Assembly (NCBI GenBank): GCA_951406725.2
Contig: OX597820.1
Span: 15,252,001 to 15,316,000, forward strand
Origin: Octopus vulgaris
Lineage: Eukaryota
Direction: 5' to 3'
DNA: 64,000 bases
The notes below the pieces were generated by a model. The model ran no database searches. It was not told the DNA's origin and worked only from the letters and a program-made list of their open reading frames with translations. Both the position numbers and the translations under genes were made by a program. Positions 11,067 to 25,122 of the stretch are shown here, in pieces. Position 1 is the first letter of the stretch. The number at the start of each line of letters is the position of its first letter.

Positions 11067-14000
11067 CTGATTGAAAATACAAAAATGAAATAGAATGAAA
11101 TATCACGTCAGAAATTAAATAAAAGTATAAAAGAAAGAAATTACATCATAGAGGGAAAACCAAAACTGGAAATTAAATAAAAGAAGATAGCAGCTAGTTT
11201 CTGGAAAGAATAAAATATAGTTAGTCTACATTACTTTGTAAAGAGCATAGGGCTGGTTTCCCAGTTTGTCTGACATATATATTCCTCCCTAGACAGAACA
11301 GATGGCCTATTGCAAGATTACTAATTTGCACCAGCTGAGTGAAATGAAATGTTTTTCTCAAGAACACAATGCATTGCCCAGTCCAGGAATCGAACCCACA
11401 ATCTTATGCTCATGAATCCAACACTCTAACCACTAAGCCATGAACTTCTACTAAAAATAAATATTCACAATAAATTTGAAAGGATACAACATAACAACCA
11501 AGAGGCTTCCACTGTGAACCAATTCAGTTTATATTAATGGCATCATCATCATCATCATCACCATCATCATTGTCATATGAATACTAAGAGTATAACTGTG
11601 ACCAGTTTACCTAGTTGACTCAGGTGTTACCTGGTCCTCATAAACAAGTATTTACTGCTGAGTAAAATTTAACTAGTTCAACTTTTTTTTTGTTCTATCT
11701 CTTATTTTTATATATATATGTATTTATTTATTGAACATATAACAAAAGCACTAAGAAACCTATAGGTGAACAATCAAAAGATTACTCATTTTGTTATAAT
11801 CTGTGGTAGAGTGGCTGCACATTTTTAATACATTCCCATAGCTTTATAGCAATTTTACGTGCACTCTTTCAAAAATATATACTCACTTGACATTATAGCA
11901 ACTTTAACTAGGACTGGGTAAGTAAAGTGCACAATTAAATGCAAATTGACTGATTTATCTAATATTTCAACTATACAGTAACACACTGTATCTGCAAAAA
12001 TGGGATTGTCATGGCTGGAATGTCTGATCAAAGGTTTGCTCAGTCAAAGTAGACCTGGGACTTAAAAACAATTCATTGTAAATGAAATGCCTTAAAATGA
12101 TTGCAAATTTGAACATCATCATCATAAGCATTTAATGTCCATTTTCCATGCTGGCATGGGTTGGACGGTTTTACTGAAAACTGGTAAGCTGGGGAGCTGC
12201 ACCAGGTTCCAGTCTGATTTGGTATAGCAAAAAGAGGAAATTGCTGAAGAATGAACAATGCAAGAGTGGCTGTGTGGTAAGTAGCTTGCTAACCAACCAC
12301 ATGGTTCCGGGTTCAGTCCCACTGCGTGGCATCTTGGGCAAATGTCTTCTGCTATAGCCCCAGGCCGACCAATGCCTTGTGAGTGGATTTGGTAGATGGA
12401 AACTGAAAAAGCCTGTGATATATGTATACATGTGTGTGTTTGTGTTTGTTCATCCTAGCATTGCTTGACAACCGATGCTGGTGTTTTACGTCCCCGTCAC
12501 TTAGTGGTTGGACAAAAAGAGACCGATAGAATAAGTACTGGGTACAAAAAGAATAAGTCCCGGGGGAGTTGCTGACTACCAGGCGGTCCAGTCTCCAGCA
12601 TGGTATAGCAATCAAATGATTGAAACAAGTAAAAGAGAGTAAAAGAGTAACAATGAAAACCAGAAGCACTGTAGATATTGTGGTTGATAATAACAGATGC
12701 AATACACTTGACATAGTGGAGTACTATGATAAAAACTGTATGTTATGCCTGGTCTGCTAGCAAATGGGCTGCCCAAACTTGTAGAAAAAGTTTTAATATA
12801 AGGACTTGAAAAAGGCTTTAAGCACCCAGTACACTCTGTAAAGTGGTTGGCATTAGAAAGGGCATCCAACCATACAAATCATACCAAAGCAGAGACTGGG
12901 GCTTGGCGCAGTCCTCTGGCTCCTGTTGAGCTGAGTCATCCAACCCATACCAGCATGGAAAACAGATGTTAAAAAAATTATTTTTCTTGTAAAATGCATT
13001 TATGTATTTAAGTGTTTGCAATGCTCTCTGTTTCTCTCTCTCTCAACTTGTTTAGTAACCAATAGTATAGTTTTGTTGTTTGTACCTAGTATGAAAATAT
13101 GAAGTTGTGAAACGTGTGACAACTAAACTGGATAAAAAAGATAGCCACTATAAACATGGTCCAAATCATCGCATCTGTTTTTTCCAGGCCCTCATGAGCT
13201 GAGCTCCTCTATTTTTCATAATCTAAATCTTGGGTAGATATCATTCATTCCACATCCTCCTCAATTTTCCTTCACCAACAGCGTACAGCACATTTTACCT
13301 ATATTTTCCATAATATCATATGTCCACACTAGTGTATAACTTCAGCTGAAGTATATACCATCTCTCTCTCTTCTTCTTCTCCTTCTTTTTCACACACACA
13401 CACACACACACAACTCACTGATGCTCAGCCTTTCCATACCATTTATATTACACATCCACTGAATCATGCCTGCATCATTTCTTTCCAGTCTCTGAAGATC
13501 TATGATTAGTGTCCGTGTCTCACTGCCATGTGACACCATACTTCTTACACATGCTTCAAATCACTTACCTTTCACACACACACACACACACAGAAAACCT
13601 TTGTTGTCAACAAAAGCAAGAACTCCCTAAATTTCTTACACACCTTCATTACTCTAACTACTACATATTCACTATACTCACCACGGGAGGTAAGAGAAAC
13701 TATTAATTACATCAACAGTTATCTGAGAAGTTCATGGAATTCATTTCATAGGTGCTCCTACTGTGTGTCAATCACATCTCTGACACCCTAGTTCTTTCTG
13801 TCAGTCTGCCAGAGATACCATTACTTGAATTAAATTCATGATATCAAATTCCTACCAAACCCCTTTCATATATGTATATATATATATATATATATTTATA
13901 TTGCTGAACCATTTCCTAAATGCCACTGAGATTTCATGCTTTTTGTTACTAATAAGCACTTTAGTCTTTGTGATGTTGGCTTTTAGGCCTTTGGACATTG

Positions 14001-17000
14001 TACAACACTTTCAGGCTTGAGAGTTTTTCAGTAACCTTTCTTTTATGAAAACAAGGTCATCATTATTTCATGTCTGTTTTCCATACTCGCATGGGTTTGA
14101 TAGGAGTTTGATAGGAGTTGGCAAGGTAAAGAGCACACCAGGTTCCATGTTTTGGCATGATTTTTTACAGCTGGATGCCCTTCCTAATGCCAACTGGATA
14201 TCCTTTCTAATGCCAGCTTTACAGAGTGTACTGGTATTTTTTACATGGCACCAGCACCACTGCTTTTTCATATGACACTGGCATCAGTGCTTTTTACGTG
14301 AATAATGACACTGAATCATCAATTTTAAGAGAATAAAATTTTCTATGCATGTTGAGTACTTTTCCTTCTGTTTATACATCCAAACACACATACACACCAC
14401 ACATGTTTGTTCATTTTACATCTATTTGTCCAAGTTTGCATGGGTTGGATGAAGACTTATCTGAGGCAGCATCATACAGCTGGATAGTTTTTTTTTTTAA
14501 GAAGTGAGATTTGAAAACCTCCCAACAAAACAGAGGGATACCAGAGGGACAAACAACACAAAAAGAGTGAAAATTAATGCCTTACAATTTAAGTGGAGGG
14601 AAAATGGACATAATATGAATGTAAAAAGGCTGTTTCATAGGTTTATCTATCTGTCCAAATCAAATAAATGCTTAAAAGATAAAGCAACCAAAAATCACAG
14701 AATGATGATAAGAATGAATGTTAACTTAAGTAGAGACATTAACTTACATCACAGTAGTCAATCAGTCTTTATAGAAGTTCATACAAATTTAACATTGAAT
14801 AGAAATGGAAATTAAAGAAGAAAATAGTTCGGTCATGTGTTAAAATTATTTCGAACATTAATTACAAGAATTAAAAAAAAAAAACCCCAGAAAACCTATA
14901 AAGAAATAGAAAAGATAAGGCAAGAACGTAATGAAACATCATCATCGTTTAGCGTCCGCTTTCCATGCTGGCATGGGTTGGACGGTCAAACACTGACAGT
15001 AAAATAACCACAAACATATATATTTATAAAACATAAATCTTTTTAATAGAGAAACTCAAAGCAGGTAAAGCTATAAATAATAGCAGGTAAATCTTGGGTT
15101 GAAAAACTCATAAGGTGGATAAAGTCAGGTTGAAGGCTGCCCAAGGGGACTCGAACATTTGTCGTATTTACAGAAGAGGTGGGTTCAAGTTCAGGCAGCC
15201 TTTGATTTCTACCATCCAAGGGCTCTTTTAATCCACTCTTTACATGCTATTAGTTAGAGCTTCATCTCCTTTGAGTATTCCACCATCAGAAATTATTTAT
15301 CTCGTGTCTCTTGAAGATCTTACACACACACACACACACACACACATACACAGCTGACTGATTTATTTTCATTAATGTATGATTTAAATTAAGAAAGTAG
15401 GATAAGCTGGAGACAGATGCCAGGGAAATACACTTGGGCTGACATTAATATTGTATTAGCTTCTCATAAAGTCTACTGAACTAGCCAAGTTGTTTAGAAA
15501 ACGAGAGGTATTAATTAGGGTTAAAATGCAACACAAATAGGTAACTAATTAAAGCAAAGAGAAAAAGCTATTAAAATTGCATTCCAGATATCTAAAAACT
15601 TCGTGAATTGCACACACTCATTTTTTTTTTTTTTTACTATTTTAAACCGAGAAAGAAAACATTTAAATTATTCCTTCCAATATAGATCAAATGTTTTGCT
15701 GATTTTAAACTAATTGACTTAATAGGTACGCACAATCTAAGTTGAGTCCCCAGTGCAGCGGATGTTCATGGTAAACACATTAAAATGAATGATAAACATT
15801 GGTGTTATTTGATTCGTTTGCACTGCAACGAAATACTTGTACAATTTTAAAAAGTACGAAGATGTAAAGGAAAAACAAAAAGGGACAAGTGTTTTGATAT
15901 TCCTTCTGATTCAATGATAGCCCATCACTAAATCAAATCATATTTTTACTTAAAATGATATACTGTACATAAACAGATGAGGAGGCGTAATGGCCCAGTG
16001 GTTAGGGCAGTGGACTCATGGTCAAAGGATCGCGGTTTCTATTCCCAGACTGAGCATTGTATGCGTTTATTAAGTGAAAACACCTAAAGCTCCATGAGGC
16101 TCTGGCAGGGGGTGGTGGCAACCCCTGTTGTGCTCTTTCGCAACGCTGCAATGGACTGGCGTCCTGTCCAGCTGGGGGGAACACATACGCCACAGAAACT
16201 GGGAAACCGGGACCCATGAGCCTGGCTAGGCTTGAAATGGGCGCATAAATAAAAAAAAATATATATCTACAGATACATTTTGCTATGTCATACATATTGT
16301 AGTACAGATAAGTCAAAATTTACTTATAAAATATAACAAGTACCAAAACACACACACGAGGTATAATGAAGGCTTTAATCAGTAAATTGTTTACTGTTTG
16401 ACACATAGCATACGTAAAAGGATAAAGATTATTTTTGAGTCAAGTAAACTCATAAGGATCAGTTTCCTGTTTTCTATGGCGTATGAATTCCTGACCTGGA
16501 CAGGACAGCAGTCCATTTGCAGGATTACTGATTTTTGAGTGGACTGGAGTAACATGAAATGAAGTGTTTTGCTCCAGAACACAATGTGTTGCTCAGTCCA
16601 GGAAGTTACAATCATACAGTCAAGAGACTAACATTCTAACCACTCAGCCACACACCTCCACCATATTCTTTTACTTGTTTCAGTTATTCGACTGCAGCCA
16701 TGCTGGAGCACCACCTTTAATCGAGCAAATAAACCCCAGGACTTACTCTTTGTAAGCCCAGTACTTATTTTATCGGTCTCTTTGGCAGAACTGCTAAGTT
16801 ACGGGGACATAAACACATCAGCATCAGTTGTCAAGTTTGGGAGACAAATGTTGGGGAACAAATGTTCAGCACAAAGACATATACATATATATATATATAT
16901 ATTATGGGCTTCTTCCAGTTTCCATGTACCAGATCCATGTATAAGGCTTTGATTGGCCCAAGGCTATAGTAGAAGACACTTGCCCAAGGTGCCAAGCAGT

Positions 17001-19770
17001 GGGATTGAACCCTGAAGCATGTGGTCGGGAAGCAAGCTTCTTACATCATAGCCACAGCATACTAAACACATGAAAAACCTTCAATGAGAAGATAATGACC
17101 ACAGGGCAGTTTTAGTCATTTTCCCATAGCTTATTTTAATCATAATTATATAAAATATATGCATTGAGTACACACAAGCATTCATATATATTGATGCATA
17201 CATGTGCATCTGTATTCATCCGAAAGTGTGTTTGTTCATTCATGCCACCTCTTCACTTGGGGATAAGCAAAGGTGAGGAAATAATACCATTTGCACACAT
17301 CACCATAGACACATATGACAGGCTTCTATATAGTTTCCAGTGGCAATTTCCATGCAGAAAGTATCGGTCATACTTATGAATGGAATTAATAAATACAACT
17401 ATATATACACACACACACACCCATGTGTAAATATACATATACAGAGACATACAGACGTTAAATGATGATGATGAAGATGATGAAAATGATGACGATGACG
17501 ATGATGATGATGATACATATACACATAGAGATATATGTGTATGTGCACAGTTATGTATGTATGTTTTAAATAGAACCATATGTTTTTATACAAGAGACTA
17601 ATGTCAAACCATTAAGCCAATAATCTAGAAATCTCTACAGCCTCACACAACACTATATAAAAAGAGAAAGTATTATGCAATAAATTTAATTGGTTAAAAA
17701 GAAATTAGTTTTAACCAAAGTATATGTTCAAATTTTTTAAATGGAAACTTGGAAATAATCTAAATTTGGTAGACCAACTATAGTAATAGTTAAAAACTAC
17801 ATATATTGTCATCTTGCTACAAAATACTAAAATGCAATCCAAAATATAAAAAGTTTTTGGTCCTTGTTTTAAATTACTTATTCACATTTCAAATGTTACA
17901 TATTTTAGGTCTCAGCCAAGTCAATAACGCAAGCTAGAGTGTGATATTCCAAGTCTACAGATTTATATAGTCATAAGTGTGTGTCTGTGTGTTGGTGGGT
18001 ATATAAATATGAATATATATATATATATACACACACACACATGTGTGTATGTGTGTGTGTGTTGATATATTAGTGATGTGAACATGAAAGGAAAGATCAG
18101 ATGCTATTTTGGATCTGGTATAATTTTGGCAGTTTCATTCAATTAGAACAGCAGCTGGTATTTAATTCCCCATGATGTCATATCACTACTTCGTTTACAG
18201 AGAAGAAGACAAGCCCATGTCTTTTATACAAAATTACATCAAGAGCAGTTTCAACAAATTTTGTTAAACAGCAGAAAAAAACAAAACAAAGGAAAACGAG
18301 AGTAAAAAAAAAAAATACTAAAAATTCCTTTCATACTGATTTTTGCAATTGAAACTAATTAGGAAGTGTTTTACTCGTACAAAACACACATATCTTCGGA
18401 TAAAAAGCACCAAAGTGTTAATGAGAAGTAATAATAAAAGATTGTCCCAAATGCTAGCAATCTGAAGAGAAATATTTATCTAGTCCTAAATAAATACTGA
18501 TGCAGGTAAGTACAGTTTACCTGAATGTTTATGTAACGTTATCTTATTAAGGAATAGACATTTTATGGCATGTATAGAAGAATTTGTATTTCTGTGGAAG
18601 TATGCTTTATGATGTGTGTATCACCATATAATTAATATATTCTGATACAGTCCAAAATGTGGCAGCAATGCTGAGGATTAAAACAACTTCTTATGAAATA
18701 CAATTATTTGCTACTTATGGAATACAATTATTAATTATAAGATACTTGGTGTAATTTTATATTACTTATATATTTTGCATTGCATGTAATTAAAAGAGAC
18801 AAAAGAAAACAGAAACGAGTCAAGGAGTCTACTGAAGGATAAAATATGAGATACATATAAGATGAGTGGCAGCTAAATGACAACATTTTAAAGTCTTCTA
18901 GACTTGTTGTAGACAGATGAAGGGTCTTAAAAGTGCAGGACACAGGATATAAAGTTTCAGTATGTTTGTATGTACAAACAGAAGAAATAGTACTCAATAA
19001 ATGTGTCAGAGAATATCTATTCATTTGAAGCTGATCTATAATCATCGTCTCCATCATCTCACAAGGGTCAGATGAAATTTGTTGAGGCAGATTTTCTATG
19101 ACCAGATGCCCTTCCAGTCACCAACTCTCACCTGTCTTTTGCAAGCTAATATCTCCCCCATAGCCAAACATCATTTCCAGAAGAATGGAAACAATATAAA
19201 ATACATAAAGTATACTCAAAGGAAGATGTTCTTATTGAGTACAAAAATCTTCTTTGAAATCATCATTCACTGATAGTTTTCCATGCTGGCATGGGTTGGA
19301 CAGTTTGACAGAAGCTGGTGAGTTAGAAGACTACAATGCACTCCAATGTCTGCTTCGGCATGGTTTCTAAGGATGGTTGCCCTTCCTTACATCAACCACT
19401 TCACAGAGTGTACTGAGTGATTTTCTATATGGCACTGGTACTAGAGAGGTCCCCCAAGTAACCTGCAAAAGAAAAGCCCTTAATTAAAGGTAGAGAGGCA
19501 TGCAATTGAGTGGGTTGGTTTTATGCCATGTGATGAGAGGTTAAAGTATGATAAGGGGACAGGAACAGGTGTTTTGCTGTAGGGAAGATATATGGTTACC
19601 CCAGTTGGAAAATAACAAGGATGGTGGTGAAGGTGTGTTAGGGCCTACCCTCAAGTTACAAGAAGGTGAAAAAAATTAAACAACATTATACATAAAATCT
19701 CCTCTCTACATCATCCAGATATTTTTTTGAAGTGCTTACAGTTTAATGTTCATAAAATTAGAACATTCAA

Positions 19771-20085
19771 TGTCGGTGGCACATAAAAAACACCATCCGA
19801 GCGTGGCCGTCTGCCAGCCTCGTCTGGCACCTGTGTCGGTGGCACATAAAAAACACCATCCGAGCGTGGCCGTTTGCCAGCCTCGTCTGGCACCTGTGTC
19901 GGTGGCACATAAAATCACCCACTACACTCTCGGAGTGGTTGGCGTTAGGAAGGGCATCCAGCTGTAGAAACACTGCCACATCTGACTGGCCTGGTGCAGC
20001 CTTCGGGCTTCCCAGACCCCAGTTGAACCGTCCAACCCATGCTAGCATGGAAAGCGGACGTTAAACGATGATGATGATGATGATG
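19771..20085 (+). mobile_element. RTE-tailed SINE-like repeat (family D) with an internal 63-nt tandem repeat and (GAT)n tail
   Basis: Units at 19771-19833, 19834-19896 and a partial third, followed by GGAGTGGTTGGCGTTAGGAAGGGCATCCAGC...CCAACCCATGCTAGCATGGAAAGCGGACGTTAAAC(GAT)n. Other copies at ~29718-30102, ~39945-40417 and ~53258-53613 (+), plus many 3' fragments on both strands. Confidence 0.85.
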
Positions 20086-20197
20086 AATGAAAAGGAAACA
20101 GTGCTTAAAGGATTTATAATTTTCCTTTTTATTGCTTGTTCTAATTTCTTTGCATAATGAACTGAGTATACGTGGGTGGGCAGGAGGGTGAGTGAGC

Positions 20198-20235
<38 letters not shown>

Positions 20236-21421
20236 ACATGTGCATGCGCTTACGTATATGTAAACATCTGCAAAAAGTATGAAAGGGAGAACTGACTAAT
20301 AAGGGAAATTTCATTATAGATTACTTGAATTGAAATTTAATCTATGCCTAAAATATGATCCAGAAAGCCTTCAGCTTAAATTCTCTATGATTTCAACAAT
20401 TATGCAACAGACATTAAACACTAGTTTATTTATACAGGCAAGAGACACTAAACAATGTAATCTGATAACTTTAAACTATTTATGGACATACTATAAGTTA
20501 CCAAGAATAGGAAGTATGGAAATGTACATGAATAGAGGGCTGGGAATGGAGGAGATATAATACAAATGTGCCTGAAGATAATCTCTCTGAACAATTAAAT
20601 TCCTGTAATTAAAATACAATTAGCCAGTTGTTTAAAACTCTATTCTCATTCAACTTAACAAAATTTGTTTCCTTGTATATATATGAATGGGGTGGCGACA
20701 CATGAAATAGCAGGATAATAGAAACTTTACAATTAGAAGATGTTTCCTCTATCAAGCAGTTCAACTATTAAAAGTTAAGAACCTACTATTTGCCAGAAGT
20801 GAGTAGAACAGTGTATATTGTCTAAAGAGCACAAAGACTAGCATTTTTGAAAGGGGTGGGAACTTGAAGTACTAATACTGAAACTAAATATTTTCATAAC
20901 GATTCAGTGTTCAATTGTTGACCATCAAACTTGATTCCAATCAGAATGTAAAAATAGTCTTTGATATAAGTTATATATTTAAAATGTGTAGAAGAAGCAC
21001 CTCTGTCAGTTTTGGCTAAGAAAAATTATGCAATCAGTTAGGGGTAACATGTAAACCTAATAAAATCAGGTATAAAGTCAAAAACATTTAAATCTGAATA
21101 AATTCCCAAGCCATACTGGATTTAATGCGAAAATGATTGCAATAAACTGATACTTATTTCTTTACTACCCACAAGGGGCTAAACACAGAGAGGACAAACA
21201 AGGACAGACAAACGGATTAAGTCGAGTATATCGACCCCAGTGCGTAACTGGTACTTATTTAATCGACCCCGAAAGGATGAAAGGCAAAGTCAACTTTGGT
21301 GGAATTTGAACTCAGAATGCAATGGCAGATGAAATACCGCTAAGAATTTCGCTCGGCATGACCGATAGTTCAAGAATTGTAGCTAAGTAGAGGGTTGCAA
21401 ACTTAATACTGACAATATGAA

Positions 21422-21453
<32 letters not shown>

Positions 21454-22208
21454 AATATACTCCCAACTGGTTGAAAGCTCTTTTTCCTTTTCTTTTCTTT
21501 ACATTGTCTTGCAAGTTACTTGGCAACCTTACTTGTAGCAGTGTCACAAAAAGGAAAAATGCCACCCAGTACACAACTGTAAAGTGATTGGCGTTAGGAA
21601 GGGCATCCTACCATTGAAACCATACCAAAATTCACACAGCTTTGCAGCTCACCAGATTCTATCAAATGATCCAATTCAAGCCAGCATGGAAAATGGTCAT
21701 TAAATGGTGGTGGTGGTGGTGGTGGAGGAGGAGGAGGAGGAAAGAGTCAGCAAAAGCGAATGATTAAGACTCACTCCAACCAATCAAAATTATTTTTGAG
21801 GAAAGGCTTTGCCCAAAATGACAAAACCCACCTCTCTTCACAGAACTGAAAGTTATCTTATTTCATGGATGTTTATTAATCTGCTTGTATACACTAACTT
21901 CATAGTTTCAAATAAGCTGGCACAAATGGGAGATAACATTAAATTTCATTATGAATAATTGCAGCAGTACTAAATGTTCTTACTTTTGAAAACTTATGAA
22001 GTAGGTATTAATATACTGGCAGCAACACCAGAGCCTGAAGTTATCTTACAGTTTGCCAAATATAAGTTAGCCTATCTTCAAATTAATAGTATCCTTCGAG
22101 GAAGATACTTCCTGTTAATACTAACCATCCTTCAGGTGGCTGATACATTTTAAATTTCTATTCCATCTAACTAAACAACCAAGGTGAAGAAAAAAATGAA
22201 TATGCAAG

Positions 22209-22262
<54 letters not shown>

Positions 22263-22321
22263 TACATACATATATATATAAAAAGACATGTACATCATCA
22301 TCATCGTTTAACGTCCGTTTT

Positions 22322-22380
<59 letters not shown>

Positions 22381-24210
22381 GATATTTATAATGATGTATA
22401 TATGTGTTATACTAGTTCTTGCTAAGATCTTTCAGTTATCTACAAGTAAGTTGGAAACTATCCACAGCACAGTGAACCAGCATAGCTTAATGGAAAATAA
22501 ATAATGTTGAATAAAGCACAAACAATAAAAAAAAAAATCTAATTTTAGGGGCATGAAATTACACACATCTAGATTGTCTTATAACTACTTGTTGGGGTAC
22601 GTTTTTTTTTTGGTGATAAGCATGATGATAAGAAAGGTGGAGAGATGAAATAAGTAATTCATCATAAAATCTTATTTTTAATATATAAACAAACACACAA
22701 AATGTATGAGATAGAATGCAATACCATGTAGATGTTGAGATTACAGTAGGTTCTAACATCCTATTCAGCTGTTAGGATTTTCTTTGCTAAGCTGGCTTAG
22801 AAACTTTACAAGTGTTGGTAATGTGTCTTCAAGAGATTTTATCTTAAGTTCTCTGTGTCTATATAAGTTATCTGTCTACTGATAATGAGTATTGGTTAAT
22901 AATTAATTAAATGTAATTTTAAATGCAAAGAATAAAAATACAATTAGTTGAATTAGAAGAAATATATGAAGTTGCTGCAAAGTAAAGTCATATGTAAAAA
23001 AATATTACAATGTAATAAAAACAATATTTTTGTATATTTAATTGTTTATCTTATTTTATATAGGAGAGAAATTAAATACCATTTTCAAAAATAGAACTTA
23101 TATGATTATATTATTTTTGTTTTGTATCAAATTAGATATAACAGTAGGGAAATAAATTACTTTTATATATATATATTTTTATATACTACCTCAACTTTAT
23201 TCAGTTGAATATTTAGGGTATTCCTGTTCTAATCTTGTATTAAATTATTTACAAACATTGAGATAAGACTAATCTTATGTATTATTATTTATAAGATGAA
23301 AAGAATACATATTTATTTTGAAAACACAAACATTCCCACATACACAGTTAATCATCTTCAATCATAAGTTCTAAAAATATTAACGAATGCATTACATTTT
23401 CGAGTAATAAACAAAACAGAAAAATGGTTCAAAAATTAAAACAAAATAAAAGTTTAAAATCAGGGGTAGAAAATAAAATGATTCTGGATACAAAAAAATT
23501 TATAATAGCAACATTAACTTTTTATATAAATACTTTTTAAAAAAGGGTTAAGAAAAACAAACCCTAGATAGTAAAAGTGGTTTTATAGTGAAACAATACA
23601 CTGCAGTAGAAAGCAGACGTGGGTAGAAAAATAGCTGGTAAAGTCTGATTATTGAAGCTGGAGTTTTTTTAAAATAGACAACCACAGCAACCAAATCAAC
23701 ATTCTTTTATTTTTTTTTCTTTGGTGTGAGCGAAGGGGACGAGAGGTGGCGGATATGAAAGAGCAACACTTATCTTTCAACATGCAGATTAAAGAATTTA
23801 ATTTTAATTTAAAAAAAAAATGAATAATGTAATTAGAAATAATGATTTTTGCCAAGACACACACAAAATATACTCCTATTTGATGAGAAGAAATGAGTAT
23901 GGTTGGTAGTATTCATGAAGGCAAAGCTAATCCTTATCAAATTTGAATTCAGACTGTAAGACCCTGAACTAGATACCACAAAACCTCCAGCCACACTTTT
24001 TTACTGAATAGCTACATTTAGATAATATTATTATAGTAGATGGATGGCTGCCTTGATTCATATCAAACTAAGCTGTACTTCCAATCATAAATGGCAATGC
24101 CCTAGCATGGCCACAGTCTTTGGGCTGAAACAAGTAAAGGAATGAAGTAACATTATGAAAACGAATTAAACAATTCACAGATATATATATATATATATAT
24201 ACACACACAT

Positions 24211-24368
24211 ATTTTTTTCTCTCCTTGTTTTTTTTCTGTGTCCCTTTCTGTAGAAGAGCGTAGGCTCAAAATGTAAAAGACTTTTTCTATTCCTGAGCGT
24301 TATACTAATACATCTGTTTGCTTTGTACACCACCTGTGTTCGTCTTTTGTTTCTTTCATGAACTCTCC

Positions 24369-24372
<4 letters not shown>
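24211..24372 (+). mobile_element. Short repeat resembling a Penelope-like pseudo-LTR, with a decayed minimal hammerhead motif, embedded in (TA)n
   Basis: CTTT-CTGTAGA-A-GAGCgtagGCTC-aAAAt-GTA-AAAG at 24244-24279; (TA)n tracts on both sides. Confidence 0.45.
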
Positions 24373-24438
<66 letters not shown>

Positions 24439-24730
24439 GATCATTTTCTATGTTACCAATAAAAATACTGAATTGGACATTTTCCCATACATTTTCATAT
24501 CAATCAGCAATATTCATTTTCTTAAGCTATTCTCATATTACAAATATATTAAATATGCCAGAAAAGAAGCTTACGAACATTTGCTATCAGCATCACCACT
24601 GTTAGATTTATTTTTTCCAGAAAAAAAGTTGGCCAGTATATTTAATGTGTAGTAATGGTAAAAAATCTAGAAAGGTTTCCATCCAAACAATAACCTCAGT
24701 AATTTGATTTTTTTTTTTAACTATACTCTC

Positions 24731-25122
24731 TCTATTACTCGTTTCAGTCATTTGACTGTGGCCATGCTGGAGCACCGCCTTTAATCGAGCAACTTGACCC
24801 CGGGACTTATTCTTTTGTAAGCCCAGTACTTATTCTATCGGTCTCTTATGCCGAACCGCTAAGTTACGGGGACATAAGCACACCAGCATCGGTTGTCAAG
24901 CAATGCTAGGAGGACAAACACAGACATACAAACGCACATATATATATATATATATATATACGACGGGCTTCTTTCAGTTTCTGTCTACCAATCCACTCAC
25001 AAGGCTTTGGTCAGCCCGAGGCTATAGTAGAAGACACTTGCCCAAGGTGCCACGCAGTGGGACTGAACCCGGAACCATGTGGTTGGTAAACAAGCTACTT
25101 ACCACACAGCCACTCCTGCGCC
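24731..25122 (-). mobile_element. SINE family B (CORE-like), near full length
   Basis: Reverse complement of the 51960-52359 copy. Confidence 0.9.
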
